Of a stretch of 64,000 nucleotides of DNA, positions 27,301 through 38,904 are shown piece after piece; the first letter of the stretch is position 1; each line of letters begins with the position of its first letter. The notes under the pieces were generated by a model. It was given only the letters and a program-made list of their open reading frames with translations. It was not told the origin of the DNA and made no database searches. Source of the DNA: Squalus acanthias. Taxonomy: Eukaryota. The stretch is taken from positions 52,702,001 to 52,766,000 of the forward strand of contig CM059432.1 in NCBI GenBank assembly GCA_030390025.1, given 5' to 3'. A program made the position numbers and the translations under genes.

Positions 27301-27689
27301 CAAAAAATAAGTGGAAAAGCAATATTTAAACATTTATAACTAACCGATAAAGTTTTACTTTAAAGTGTTTCCAGTGATAGGAGTTAATAGGACTTCATGG
27401 CCACACTCGCTACAGAAAGATTAATTTCATTCCTCTTATCAAATATGTCTCTTTAATAGAACAATATAATTAGACCCAAAACACTAATATCCTGCCACAT
27501 TGAAGCTTATCCATAATTCTAACTTGGTGGAATTTGTCTTTCACAAAGTTAAATTGATTTGGTATTTTATAAAATAGAAGTGTTTTCTTTGACAGTGAAT
27601 GCCAGAAATTCAGGAAAATCTACATCCCCTTCACATCCTCCAAATCAGTGTATTTTAAACTCCTATCTACCCAACTTTCTTCTAATTGG

Positions 27690-28021
27690 CTAGCTCTGAG
27701 AGGATGTTTCATACAGCAGAGTCCCACTGAAAGTTGAGTACATCTCATCTGTGTCGACCAGTTTACCATCGATCACTATGACACTCACTTCATCTTCAAC
27801 TTTCAGGTTCAGGATCAGATTGAAGGTCCCAACTCCTCCACAAGTCTGCCTTCCCAAAAAGGGTCTTTGAGATTCCAGCAGTTCTATTCGATAGCCAGAA
27901 GTGTCCATCTGCATGACACTTTGATTAGAGACAGAGAGGATAGCTTCAATATGCTCATTCCTCTGAGGAGCAAGGACCGCAGTGATGAGATACTGTCCCT
28001 CAAAAGGAGCTGTAAATATAC
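27690..28021 (-). CDS. EMILIN2: EMILIN-2 terminal exon, C-terminal part of the C1q domain (GIFTAPFEGQYLITAVLAPQRNEHIEAILSVSNQS...DEMYSTFSGTLLYETSSQS*)
   Basis: Acceptor tttattccAG on the minus strand. FTAPxxGxYLIT, EAxLSVSN, TCGGxG and DEMYSTFSG match EMILIN2. Adjacent to LPIN2, as in other vertebrates. Confidence 0.93.
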
Positions 28022-28137
28022 CTGGAATAAAGCCAACAAAGAAAGGTAATTATAGAGGACAATCCATGATCAGGAACTGGTTCATATTGCAAGAGTCCAC
28101 ATTTTTTTAAGAATTCATGGTATTAAAATAGTGCACC

Positions 28138-28308
28138 CACAGAATCACAGAATCCCCACAGTGCAGATAGAGGCCATTTCGGCCCATCGAGCCTGCACCG
28201 ACACATATCCCACCCTATCCCCGTAACCCCACGTATTTAAACCCCCTAACACTAAGGGTCAATTTATCATAGCCAAATCAACCTAACCCGCATATCTTTG
28301 GACTGTGG
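28138..28308 (-). mobile_element. 5'-truncated HE1-type SINE
   Basis: Almost identical to 21918-22082. Confidence 0.8.
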
Positions 28309-28352
28309 CAAAACTTGTTAAAACGGAAGTGATTGGTTGGGATAAACACAAT

Positions 28353-29034
28353 GGGGTACATCTTGACTTTGTGCAATAGTGTAAAATGGCAAGTCACAGG
28401 GTTGGCCTTAAGGGTGGGCGACTGACCCAGGATGCCGTAGTCAAGAGGATCTGACATTAACGGCGTCGACCTCTGCGAAGAACTTGGCTATCTCAAGTCT
28501 GCTTCCAATGGACTTTAGAGCAAGTTTCAAGAGCACGTTCCCAAACACATACTCAAGATCCTGTTACCCATGTCGTATTGGTGGCGATCAGCAAAGGGAG
28601 CTGTTCGAAGTTGAAACTCAAAAACATATTTGCGATCGGCCATGGGAGACGACAGGCTATCTTCACTGGCCATCCTGTCTATCGAGAATGATGTGGCTCA
28701 AAATATCTTGGTGAACTAAGTTTTTTATTTGTTACTGTTATTTATTAGTGTAGTGTTTAATGTTTAGTTATTTGTCACTTAACTATGTTATTTTTATGAC
28801 TTATTGTTTATTATTTAAATTATAAAAAAACTTTTGAAATTACAGGTTTATTTCTGAAACTTCCCTAATACTGAAAAAGGGCGCCAAAATACAAGTTCGT
28901 CCAGGGCACCGTTTCCCTAAGGCTGGCCCTGACGAGTCAGCAGCCCTCCACAGATATTGTCTGACCTAAGTCTTTCCAGCATTTTCTGTTTTTATATCTG
29001 TTTTACACTATCTCACAAAGTCAAGATCTACCCC
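28353..29034. mobile_element. Harbinger-like MITE with ~34-bp TIRs and AAT TSD, containing nested insertions
   Basis: GGGGTACATCTTGACTTTGTGCAATAGTGTAAAA ... TTTTACACTATCTCACAAAGTCAAGATCTACCCC. AAT at 28350-28352 and 29035-29037. Confidence 0.75.
28397..28931 (+). mobile_element. Internally deleted hAT transposon with dimerisation-domain remnant
   Basis: TIRs CAGGGTTGGCCTTA / TAAGGCTGGCCCTG. Degenerate 8-bp TSD GCAAGTCA/ACGAGTCA. Encodes KTYLRSAMGDDRLSSLAILSIENDVAQNI at ~28621-28707. Confidence 0.75.
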
Positions 29035-29274
29035 AATGTATCCTCCATCTAAATGATATACTGTGGTTTTGTTGGTGCATTATTACATTGTGAACTGATT
29101 TTGTATTTTTTCAATACATTGGTCATTGCACTGTAATATCCATTACTTTGCTCGCCACCCAAACGCAGTTTTCGCCCAGTTCCACAGGTGCTGTCACTCT
29201 TCATGTGTTTGCACAACAAGGCCCAATTTATACCCTTGTAAGTCTTATCACTCGGGGACATGATTTGTTGTGGT

Positions 29275-29785
29275 TACATAAGATTACATAGGATATACGG
29301 CACAGAAACAGGCCATTCGGCCCAACCAGTCCATGCCGGCATTTATGCTTCACTCGAGCCTCCTCCCATCTTTCCTCATCTAACTCTATCGGCATAACCC
29401 TCTATTCCCTTCTCCCTCATATGTTTGTCCAGCCTCCCCTTAAATGCATCTATACTATTCGCTTCAACCACTCCTTGTGGTAGCGAGTTCCACATTCTCA
29501 CCACACTCTGGGTAAAGAAGTTTCTTCTGAATTCCCTATTGGATTTCTTGGTGACTATCTTATATTGATGGCCTCTAGTTATGCTCTTCCCCACAAGTGA
29601 AAACATTCTCTCTCTATCCATTCTATCCAAACCTTACATAATTTTAAAGACCTCTATTAGGTCACCCCTCAACCTTTTTTCAAGAGAGAAGAGACCCAGC
29701 CTGTTCATCCTTTCCTCGCATTTCTGGTATCATCCTTGTAAATCTTCTCTGCACCCTCTCCAGTGCCTCTATATTCTTTTTATAA
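29275..29785 (-). mobile_element. CR1 LINE 3' fragment
   Basis: TRGHQYKI...RRNFFTQSVVRMWNSLPQGVVEANSIDAFKGRLDK, plus tail. Confidence 0.85.
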
Positions 29786-30422
29786 TATGTCACAGCAAGT
29801 GATAACTATGGTGAATTTCTACATTTACCATGTGAAGCTGAAGTGCTACAATTTTGTATTTTAAAAAAAAACCACAGGCAGTGAAAATACTGATTTCTGA
29901 GTGTTTCTGGGCAATAGCAAATCACTTGCCCTACTTATCAGGGCACCTGTGGTTAGTAAGCCATTGCTCAAAACCCCTGTAGTTCAAAGATTATTTTCAC
30001 GATTCGAGTATGTTGCTGCCTCCGATACGAAATCTCTCCATCAGTTTTTCCTTGCAGTTCTATGAAATCTTTCGAGCTGTTGAGACAGTGGATTATCCTC
30101 TTCGGATGTGAGGTGAAGCAACCTTCAGAAAAAGTGTCCGAAAACTCTTCAAAGTGTTGAGACGAACAAGTGAAATGAATTCGAGCACGTTTTGTCTCGA
30201 ACCTTGTTTGCAGAGTTCGGAAGTGTGTGGAGAACAAAAATGGGGCATTTTGCTGAGGTTGTGGCTTCGGGACAATGCAAGAAAGTCCTGCAAAACATCT
30301 GACCCATGCTAGTCCTCCGAAAATGACTGATACCACAGTGTGCAAAGTGGAAAATGGCCTGTCGCAGCACTTAGTGACTACAAGGACACAAACACAAAAA
30401 AAAATCTGTATAGAATTGTTAC

Positions 30423-30554
30423 CTGTATTTGTATTGTAGTGGTGTCCATCATTAACTAAAACTTTATTGAATCTGATTATCCCTGCATTACCAACGAAAG
30501 GTTTTTCGGTCAGACCCACAGAAAAGGAAACGTACTTTCGAACAGTTGTACTAT
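30423..30554 (-). CDS. EMILIN2: EMILIN-2 exon, N-terminal part of the C1q domain ([45 protein letters not shown])
   Basis: ccttttcAG acceptor and GTAAC donor, 132 nt, phase 1-1. VSFSxGLTxKPF and FNKVLVNDG motifs. Confidence 0.93.
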
Positions 30555-30570
30555 CTGAAAAGGAACAGAG

Positions 30571-30825
30571 AACGTTAACTCTGCTTCTCTCTCCACAGAT
30601 GCTGCCTGACCTGCTGAGTATTTCCAGCATTTTCTGTTTTTATTTTATGAACATTGAGTATATTCAAGACAGAGATTGATAGATTTTTGAATATTAAGGG
30701 AATCAAGGGATATGGGGATGGTTCAGGAAAGTGGAGGTGAGGTAGAAGATCAGCCGTGATCTTATTGAATGGTGGAGCAGGCTCGAGGGGCCAAATGGCC
30801 CATTCCTATTTCTTATGTTCTTATG
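30571..30825 (+). mobile_element. Penelope 3'-end fragment (30571-30646) followed by a CR1 3' end
   Basis: AACGTTAACTCTG...CCACAGATGCTGCCTGACCTGCTGAGTATTTCC as at 32608-32662. CR1 tail TTCTTATGTTCTTATG. Confidence 0.75.
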
Positions 30826-31602
30826 AACAAATGGCTCTTTGCCGCTGTGTTTTCCACTTCTTCGTGTAAATGTGCTGGAGCCCACAACACAAGCAACTAG
30901 ACTGTTACAGAAGCAGCAAGTGGAAGATGTCTTATAACCCAATGATGCTTTTATACCACATCGCTGAAAAGTCATTTCTGCGTCACAGTGATGCATAACT
31001 CCAGTCAAGGCCTGACCTTGACTCTAGATCAGAGTGGAGTTGGAGCATCTTTCCAGTGCAGTGTAAGATTTATAAAGCCTCTGGACACTTAATAAACTTA
31101 TATGGAGTTTATTTGAAGCTATTAAGAACGCGGACTCTTCTACCTGCACTCTCAGTACATTTAGGCACGTGGATACTTGTTTAGTTTACATTGCAGGACC
31201 CCAGTGTCTATGAGCTGGATCTCTACATTTACACTGCTGAAACTGTCAATCAAAGCCCAGTGGACAAATTATAGAGCTATGAAAAACTGGGTCTATGATT
31301 CTGCTGCAGGAACCCAGTTTTAGCAATGCTAATACGGAGAGCTGGTGCAGACTCGATGCTCTCTCATGATCTGAACTAAGGAAGCACCTTAACTGCAACC
31401 CTAATATGACATTAAAGTCAAATGCATTTAAAAGTAACAGTAAATAAGTCAGAGACAGTAATGGAGAAATAAATCATCACCAATGAGCTTCTCAGTGAAC
31501 ACGTAGTATAAAATATTGAAGATGAATATGTTTTCGGGTAAATCTCTGACCTTGAAGACCAAAAGTTGTATAATTAATTAAGTGTCTATGACTGAGGCAT
31601 AC

Positions 31603-31638
31603 CTGCGATTCCTGGAGCTCCAAAAGTCATGGACTGCC
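31603..31638 (-). CDS. EMILIN2: EMILIN-2 36-nt microexon (GQSMTFGAPGIA)
   Basis: Strong polypyrimidine tract plus cacAG, CAG|GTATG donor. Phase 1-1, no stop, lies between the collagen-like and C1q exons. Confidence 0.75.
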
Positions 31639-32195
31639 CTGTGTGGGGGGAGGGGAGAGAAAAAATAATTATTTTAAATGTTTGTGTTTACATAGTTGCC
31701 CTTTTTGCAAAATAGCCAGTAACATACTGAAGTGATAGTGGAATTGATGTGCAATGTAGTTACAAGGACCCAGATAATCCATGGGTCGACGATTCCAGCA
31801 ATTCTGCCCACTGGGAACCTTCGGTGTTGACCCCAACAGACTTTCCAGGGTCAGTGGGGAGGCTCCCTGTTTTGCACTCTGAAGTCAGATGCCTGTACTT
31901 CTATGGGTGCCCGGTGTGGGGTGGGATGTCATGCTGCATCCCCCCAGAAAGAGTTTTAAAGTACCTCCAGCAGCCCACTTGTCCATTAATAGACAGAAAA
32001 TCATGAGCTTTGCACCCACAATTTCTCGGTATGTTCTGCCTGTGAGCACCACTCCCTGTTGGAAGTGTGCAATTGGCCCTTATGACAACAGCATTGGTGT
32101 GAAGCTTTGTACTAACACTATTCTTATAATGTAACTGCACCCTTAATGTTTGTTCAGAACACCCTAGTGACTTGTAAACTAGCTGGTAAATATCA

Positions 32196-32713
32196 CTTTA
32201 ATTCTCTGTTCCACTCCTATTCTGACCTCGCCGTCCTCAGCCTCTTGCACTGTTCCAACAAAGCTCAATGTAAGCTCGAGGAACAGCACCTCATCTTCCG
32301 ATTAGGCACTTTACAGCCTTCTGGACTCAACATCGAGTTCAACAATTTCAGATCATAACCTCTGCCCCTATTTTTTCAGATGGCAGCCATTCCCATTTAC
32401 ACCTCTTCTAGACTCATCTTTACTTGTCCCATTACCATCTCCTTTTGCCTCGCACCATCATCCCTTTAGTCTTTTAATCTCTCCTGCCTTCCATCCTATC
32501 ACAGACCTTCCCTTCTGTTCTTTCCTCCCCTCCCCCTCCCCAGCACTTGTGTAAACTCTGTGACATCTCTAACTTTTTCCAGTTCTGACGAAAGGTCACG
32601 GATCTGAAACGTTAACTCTGTTTCTCTCTCCACAGATGCTGCCTGACCTGCTGAGTATTTCCACCTTTTTCTGTTTTTATTTCAGATTTCCAGCATCCGC
32701 AGTATTTTGCTTT
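32196..32713 (+). mobile_element. 5'-truncated Penelope-like element (GIY-YIG C-terminus and 3' region with hammerhead)
   Basis: KLEEQHLIFRLGTLQPSGLNIEFNNFR. TSD TGGTAAATATCA at 32184-32195 and 32714-32725. Confidence 0.88.
32581..32617 (+). ncRNA. Minimal hammerhead ribozyme motif
   Basis: agtt-CTGACGA-aaggtc acg gatct-GAAA-cg-TT-aact. Confidence 0.65.
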
Positions 32714-33362
32714 TGGTAAATATCAGAGCCTGAATCAGCAGAATCTTAAATTGTACTGGCTATTGATCCAAAGAATATCCACAGGTGTGCTGTACCTTTA
32801 TCACTTTTTAAAATCTCATTTATAATGGCTTCAAGCACTGTGGTGTTTAATTTCCTTCAGACCAATGTAAACAGTCTTTTAAATTAAATCTTGCCACCAC
32901 CTGTTTGACTGGATGTTTCCATTCTAAAACTATTACTTGGTTATTTCCCTTCCTTATTTATCGGATTTCAGTTAGTTTTAGTTCCGCTTTACAAATTCTA
33001 AATTTACTAAATTACAATGGAATAAATGTTCATCTTCAATGCTCCCTGACAGTAGCTTCATGTACCAGACCAGGATTTTCTATGGACAGAATAATGTGGG
33101 GTTGCACATCCAAATTCCAAATTTGCTCTTCTGCCATGTGAGGCTCTGGCTGGGAATGCGGAAAACAAATATTTACCTTCCCAATATGTGTTCAGCAAGA
33201 TAAACAATTTATATATTATTGAAAGTGAATCTACGTAATTAAAAAAAAAAAGCTGATTAGAGGACTCCAGTGCTAGTTCTCCAACCAGACAACAAATATC
33301 AGCCTCAGCATTTACTCAGACTCACTAACACACATTCAGTAAATTTTGCTAGTTCTTAGCCC

Positions 33363-33381
33363 GGCCACTAGGGGGAGCACT
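33363..33381 (+). promoter_or_regulatory. Candidate CTCF-binding site
   Basis: GGCCACTAGGGGGAGCACT closely fits the CTCF core CCASYAGRKGGCRS and lies in apparently non-repetitive sequence. Confidence 0.5.
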
Positions 33382-34849
33382 TTAGCACAAAGAAGCAGTT
33401 CACCTCGTGGACAAGAAAGATGAGCAATACCAACCCTTTCCAGTAAAGCTGACATCCTGTCCAAAAATTACAGAGCAGCACTGAACACAGCTGTGAAGTC
33501 TACAACTCAGGTCATTGTGCTTTCAAAACTGTGGGGATGAATATCAGCAGGACCATGAGGGAGAGAAGATGAAGGCCATGACCACCACTTGTCAGTATTT
33601 TAACCTAACCTCTATGAAAAGTGTTGAATTACAACACCTCAACTATCAAGAAAATTCTAAGTTCTAGGCTGAAGGAGGAAGCATAACAGTGAGGCACAGC
33701 AGTTGGATTCAAAGGAGAAATCTAGATATTTTTAATCAGGAAACATTAACAAGTGCAGAATTCAAATAGATGATAGAGTACATCTATTTTAAGATCATAT
33801 AGCATTCAACAAGAAAAGGCCATTCAGCCTTCAAGCAAGCTCTTTGCACAGCCCTATCACAAACTCTATTCTACCTCACCCAATTCATCTCCCAGCATCA
33901 ACACTCCTTCCATCTCAAAGCTAATGAAACAAACTTCCAAAATAGAGGGGTAATTTTACAAACTCCTGCTCCAGGTATAGATCCTTCCCCATCGAGTGTA
34001 CAGCTCAGGAACTTGTGCTTGCTCTCTGCACAATTTTCCACCCATTGATTTTTTTTGTTGTTGCAGGGAGCATGCACCTGAATACCTGATGCGCAATCCC
34101 AGGCACGGAGCTCCCCACTGGGAGCACGATTTTGTAAAATTATCCCATATTTATCGATACCAATGTTTCCACTGTTCAACCCCAGCCTGCTGCAATCTAG
34201 AGGTAACATTAGACCATCTTTACCATTCCCCCCCCCCCACCCCCCAATCCTCTTAGAGATAGGACTGTGCACAAAATATATTCCACAAGGGATATTTGAA
34301 TCTCTTGTGAACTGATCCTATTTTTTTTTAAGTATTTGCACCACCAGTAATTTGCCATGTCTCACTGTTTCTGTGTATTATTTCACTGGTAAATAAATGA
34401 GACTATTAGTTTCAGCCTGAATGTAAAGGTCTGATTGTGTAACATTTGCCACCTATTTGGAATAGGCAGGAGAACTTGGGCACATCCTATGTGGTTTCTG
34501 ATACAATATATCATAGTTAAGGAGTAATTACTAGTCCCATGGTCTGCTAAACCAATGCAAAAAAGGTGCAGAGTTCGGTTCATAGAATCAGTCTGTTTAT
34601 GGAAACTGCCTTTTTGCCTTGAACATAATTTAAATCCCAAAACATTTCCTATCAACCTTCTTTTCTCCAATAAAAACTAGTTTGGCTCTGTAAGTCTATC
34701 CTCATAACATTTGAGTCATAACTTTCATCACTCTTCTCTGCTGCATTAATGTTATTTTGAAGGAAAGATGCCGAAAACTGTAAATAATATTCCAAAAGTA
34801 GCCTCATCATAGATCTATACAAATAATTTATTTTAACTTAGATTAAATG

Positions 34850-35345
34850 CCCAGAGATGTATCCGAGTATTTCAGCCCATCTGCCGCTAAAACTGACATT
34901 CATGACTTTGCTACCTCCAGACTATTATTCAAATGCCCTCCTGGCTGGCTTCCCATTTTCCACAAACTTCAGCTCATCCAAAACTCTGCTCCCCATATCC
35001 CATTGCACATCAAGTCCCCTTTTCTATCGACCCTGTGCTCACTGACCTTCATTGGCTCCTGGGCCCCCAGAGCCTCAAATTTAAAATTCCCATCCTTATG
35101 TTTAAGTCCTGTCCTCCCGCCACTCCCTATCTCTGTGATATTCTCCAGCTTTACAAACCCCTTTCCCCAGTCTTGGTTTCTGGCTGTGAAGTTTTCATTT
35201 TACAATTCCCAACAGCCTATCATAAAACTGGACCCTATATTTCAATGCTATGGCCAGAGTGACTTGTATGTATTCTATATTTTGTGATCTCGCAAGTGAA
35301 CCAGGCCCTAGGTTAGAAGGCACTACATAAATGCAGTTCTTTCTT
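34850..35345 (+). mobile_element. Degenerate L2 LINE 3' fragment
   Basis: HKLQLIQNSA...PVLTDLHWL...FKI, and an AAGGCACTACATAAATGCAG tail. Confidence 0.65.
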
Positions 35346-37447
35346 TTCTTTTTCTTTATAGATTCTAAACACTACAAATAAATCACCAGTCTTGTGTTTG
35401 TAACAAAGCAAATGCTGAACTTCAGCAGAAATTACTGGAAAAATACATTTCCTTCACAGTTAATGGTAATGATTATTAGATCTTGAGGAGTTTTAAGGCA
35501 AAGAAGGTAAATACCATCATTCTGAGCCATATCGCTTTACCATGTCTGCCTGTACTTGCAGCATTGCTCGTGTTTATGCTGTAAGCAGAGGCTGGGCTGC
35601 CAGTGGCACAAGTGGAAGCGAGGAACTTTGGTAGTGCTTGTTACCTCTGACAGCAAATGCAATGGTGCTTTTATATTACATACTTGCTGCCAGAGCCAGT
35701 CAGACATACTGCGCGTGATTGAATGATTTTGTGTCTGCAAGAGTCCAGGTGAGTCTGTGTACACAAGTGTGTACGAGAGGAAGTGTGTACGAGAGGAAGC
35801 CTGCGTGTGAGTGAGAATGACTATCTGCCTGTGTGAAAATTAGTCAATGTGAATAAATACGATTTAACTCTGGACCAGTTTTCAGTGGGTGGGCAGCAGT
35901 GTGAATTAGAAACTCTCTCCCATGCTCGAGAAATGAGGCCCAGTGTATTTTAACTCCTGGGCCTCATTTAAATTCTGCTGGACGACTTCCCATTTGTTCT
36001 GGGCAAGAAGTCGGCGGTACGCGGCGGAAAATTGCATGGCCCAGTGACAGTGGTGGGATCAGCTCACGCAGTCATCCTGTAAGGGTCTCGCGATCAGGGG
36101 GCAGCAGGCAAGTCCACGTCAAGGGAGGCCTCAGCTTTCACTGTGAGGCTCAGTGGAGCAATCCTCCTCCTGGCCACACAAGAGAAGTAAAAAAAAATGT
36201 AAACACTTAACTTTTTGGGTCTCTTCCTGTCCCGATCCACTACACCGCTGGGTTGGCCTAGTGGGAAACTCACTGCTGTTTCCCACTCAGGCCAACGCAG
36301 TAAAGTTCCAGTCGGGTCCTGATAACATCCCTACTTTGGGTGGGTGTCCTTGCTACCTGCTCAGGAAAACTGGTCCATTGCTACCGGTCAACTCCAGGGG
36401 GCTCTCACGTGGGCAAGTTACCTGGGCAATTTTCACTACCCATTCACCTGGTTTCCACCAGGCGGGCAGGGCTAAAGTTGCTCCCACAATATAATTGGGT
36501 ATATAATGGCCCAAAGACAGATTTAAGGTAACCTACAGAGATCACGGTCTTTTAATGCATTTGCAGATTTAAATTATTATGAGACATAGACTGGGCTATG
36601 TGGGTTGGAGGATCAGTCAAAAGATTACAGTGAGAATTAAAGCAATGAAACTTTCATATATAGAGAATCACCTTCTACCCAGATATTGAGTACATGTTGT
36701 TTTTAACTGTACTGCATATTCCACATTGGGCAAGTTTTTCCACTGACTCATAGTCAATGGGCAGCAAATTTAGATGACATCACCATGACAAGTCAGGTGC
36801 GATGCAATGAATTCTGGCATGTCTGTTGCAGCAAGCCAAGTTCCATGTGAAGCTTCTTTTGATGTGTTAATAGATGAATTGTAATAGTAAATATTTTATG
36901 GTCTCAATTATGTTTGACAAATATTTGTTGTAAATATAGGTTTACATTGTGTAAGGAAGATAGAAGCTGGAGGAGGCCATTCAGCCCCTCGACCCTGTTC
37001 TGCCATTCAATTAGATTACGGCTGATCTGTATCTCAACTCCATCTACCCACCTTGGTTCTGTAACCCTCAATACCTTTGCCTAACAAAAATCTAACAATC
37101 TCAGTTTTGAAATTTTCAATTGACCTAGCCTCAACAGCTTTTTGGTGGAGATTTCCATGACCTTTTGTGTGAAGAAGTGTTTTCTGACATCACGCCTGAA
37201 CGACCTAGCTCTAATTTTAAGGTGTGCCCCCCGCCCTTGTTCTGGACACTCCCACCAGTGGAAATCATTCCCCTCTATCTACCCTGTCAAATCCTTTAAT
37301 CATCTTAAACACCTGAATTAGATCACCCCTTAATCCTCTATACTTAAGGGAATACAAACCTCGTCTATGCAACCTTCCTCATAATTTAACCGTTTTAGCC
37401 CCAGTATCATTCTGATGAATCTGCACTGCACCCTCTCCAAGGTCAAT

Positions 37448-38441
37448 GGGGCCAGAAATTCGGCTGTTGTCGGGTTAGTACACGCTGTGTACTCACCTGT
37501 AAGGCCACCTGAAGTGCCGGTTTCCTGCATGCACTGCGCATGCGCGGGAAACCGGAACTTCCGTTCCCCTGAAGGGAGGGGTTCAGAAGTCGAACGCGTG
37601 CGCGGGAGAGGCTGCGCGCACGCAGCGAACTTCGTTTTTTTTTTCAGGTTTCTCCGGGAAGGTAAGTATGAAGAAGCTGCACTTTTAAAAAGGAGGCGCA
37701 AGGCCTGTTTTTAACAAGGTAAGTGGTTAATGAATTACAATTTAAAAAAAATTTCAACAGGTTTATCTTTTTTAGATACTTTAAAGAAAGGTATTTTAAG
37801 CACCGTTAAAAAGTATAATTTTTTTTTAAATTAAAATTTTTGTTTAAAGTAGTTAATTTATTTAAAAAAAATTTCAACAGGTTTATCTTTTTTAGATACT
37901 TTAAAGAAAGGTATTTTAAGCACCGTTAAAAAGTATAATTTTTTTTTAAATTAAAATTTTTGTTTAAAGTAGTTAATTTATTTAAAAAAAATTTCAACAG
38001 GTTTATCTTTTTTAGATACTTTAAAGAAAGGTATTTTAAGCACCGTTAAAAAGTATAATTTTTTTTTAAATTAAAATTTTTGTTTAAAGTAGTTAATTTA
38101 TTTAACTTATAGTTATTTTAAAAATGTGATTTAAAAAAAAATGTATTTGAAGTTTAAGTGTGGTTTTGGGGCCGATCTCTATTTATAGATTTGACAGGTC
38201 TTCCTGTCAAATCTATGAATGAAAATGCCCTGTTAGGATTGGCTCTCCATGGCCCACGTGATCCCAGGGGACGCTTCGAACTAACTGCACCCCTGGGATA
38301 CACAAGCACTGCGCGCCGGAAGCTGGAGGAGGCCCAGGACCCAAAGTCCTCGTGGGCCCAAAGCACAACTGCAGGCGCGGTAGGCAAGTACGCGCGCGAT
38401 GCTTGCACCCGCAGGAAGCCTGAAAGCTGAATTTCTGGCCC
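37448..38441. mobile_element. Harbinger-like non-autonomous TIR element inserted in CR1
   Basis: TIRs GGGCCAGAAATTCGGCT / AGCTGAATTTCTGGCCC, AAT duplicated at both ends. CpG-rich subtermini with internal palindromes. Confidence 0.8.
37741..38105. repeat. Three perfect tandem copies of a 120-bp AT-rich unit
   Basis: Units at 37741, 37861 and 37981 are letter-identical. Confidence 0.95.
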
Positions 38442-38904
38442 AATATATCCTTCCTGAGGTGTGGTGCCCAGTACTGAACGCAGTACTCCAGATGGGGTCT
38501 AACCAGAGCTCTGTACAGCTGTAACATAACTTCCACCCCTTTGTATTCCAGCCCTCTCCAGATAAAGGCCAACATTCCATTAGCCTTTTTAATTATTTTT
38601 TGTACCTGTCCACTAGCTTTTAGTGATTTCTCTACTTGGACCCCTAAATCTCACTGCTCATCCACAGTTCCGAGCTCCTCACCATTCAGAAAATACTCTG
38701 ATCCAAAGTTCCCTTTAAGCTCCAGGGGGTCCCGCGCAGCCAGTGAGCTGGCTTTTAAATTGAAAAGCCCCATTAAGGGGCCCATATTACTCTTAGCCAC
38801 TCTCTTTATCTTAATTTATTTGTAAAAACCTTCAGTGTTGTCCTTGATATCCCTCACAAGCTGTTTCCATTATTCCCTTTTAACAGCTCTTATCACTTTC
38901 TTGG

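Larger units (their letters stand above)
36960..38700 (-). mobile_element. CR1 LINE 3' fragment split by a TIR element
   Basis: LYRALVRPHLEYCVQYWAPHLRKDI (38442+) continues as LERVQCRFIRMI (37447-). Confidence 0.85.

Noticed and set aside
29968..30630. 220-aa ORF as a stand-alone gene
   Set aside because: Only 30423-30554 is the EMILIN2 exon. The rest is read-through into intron and TE sequence.
37741..38105. CRISPR-like array
   Set aside because: Contiguous identical units with no spacers, in a eukaryotic context.
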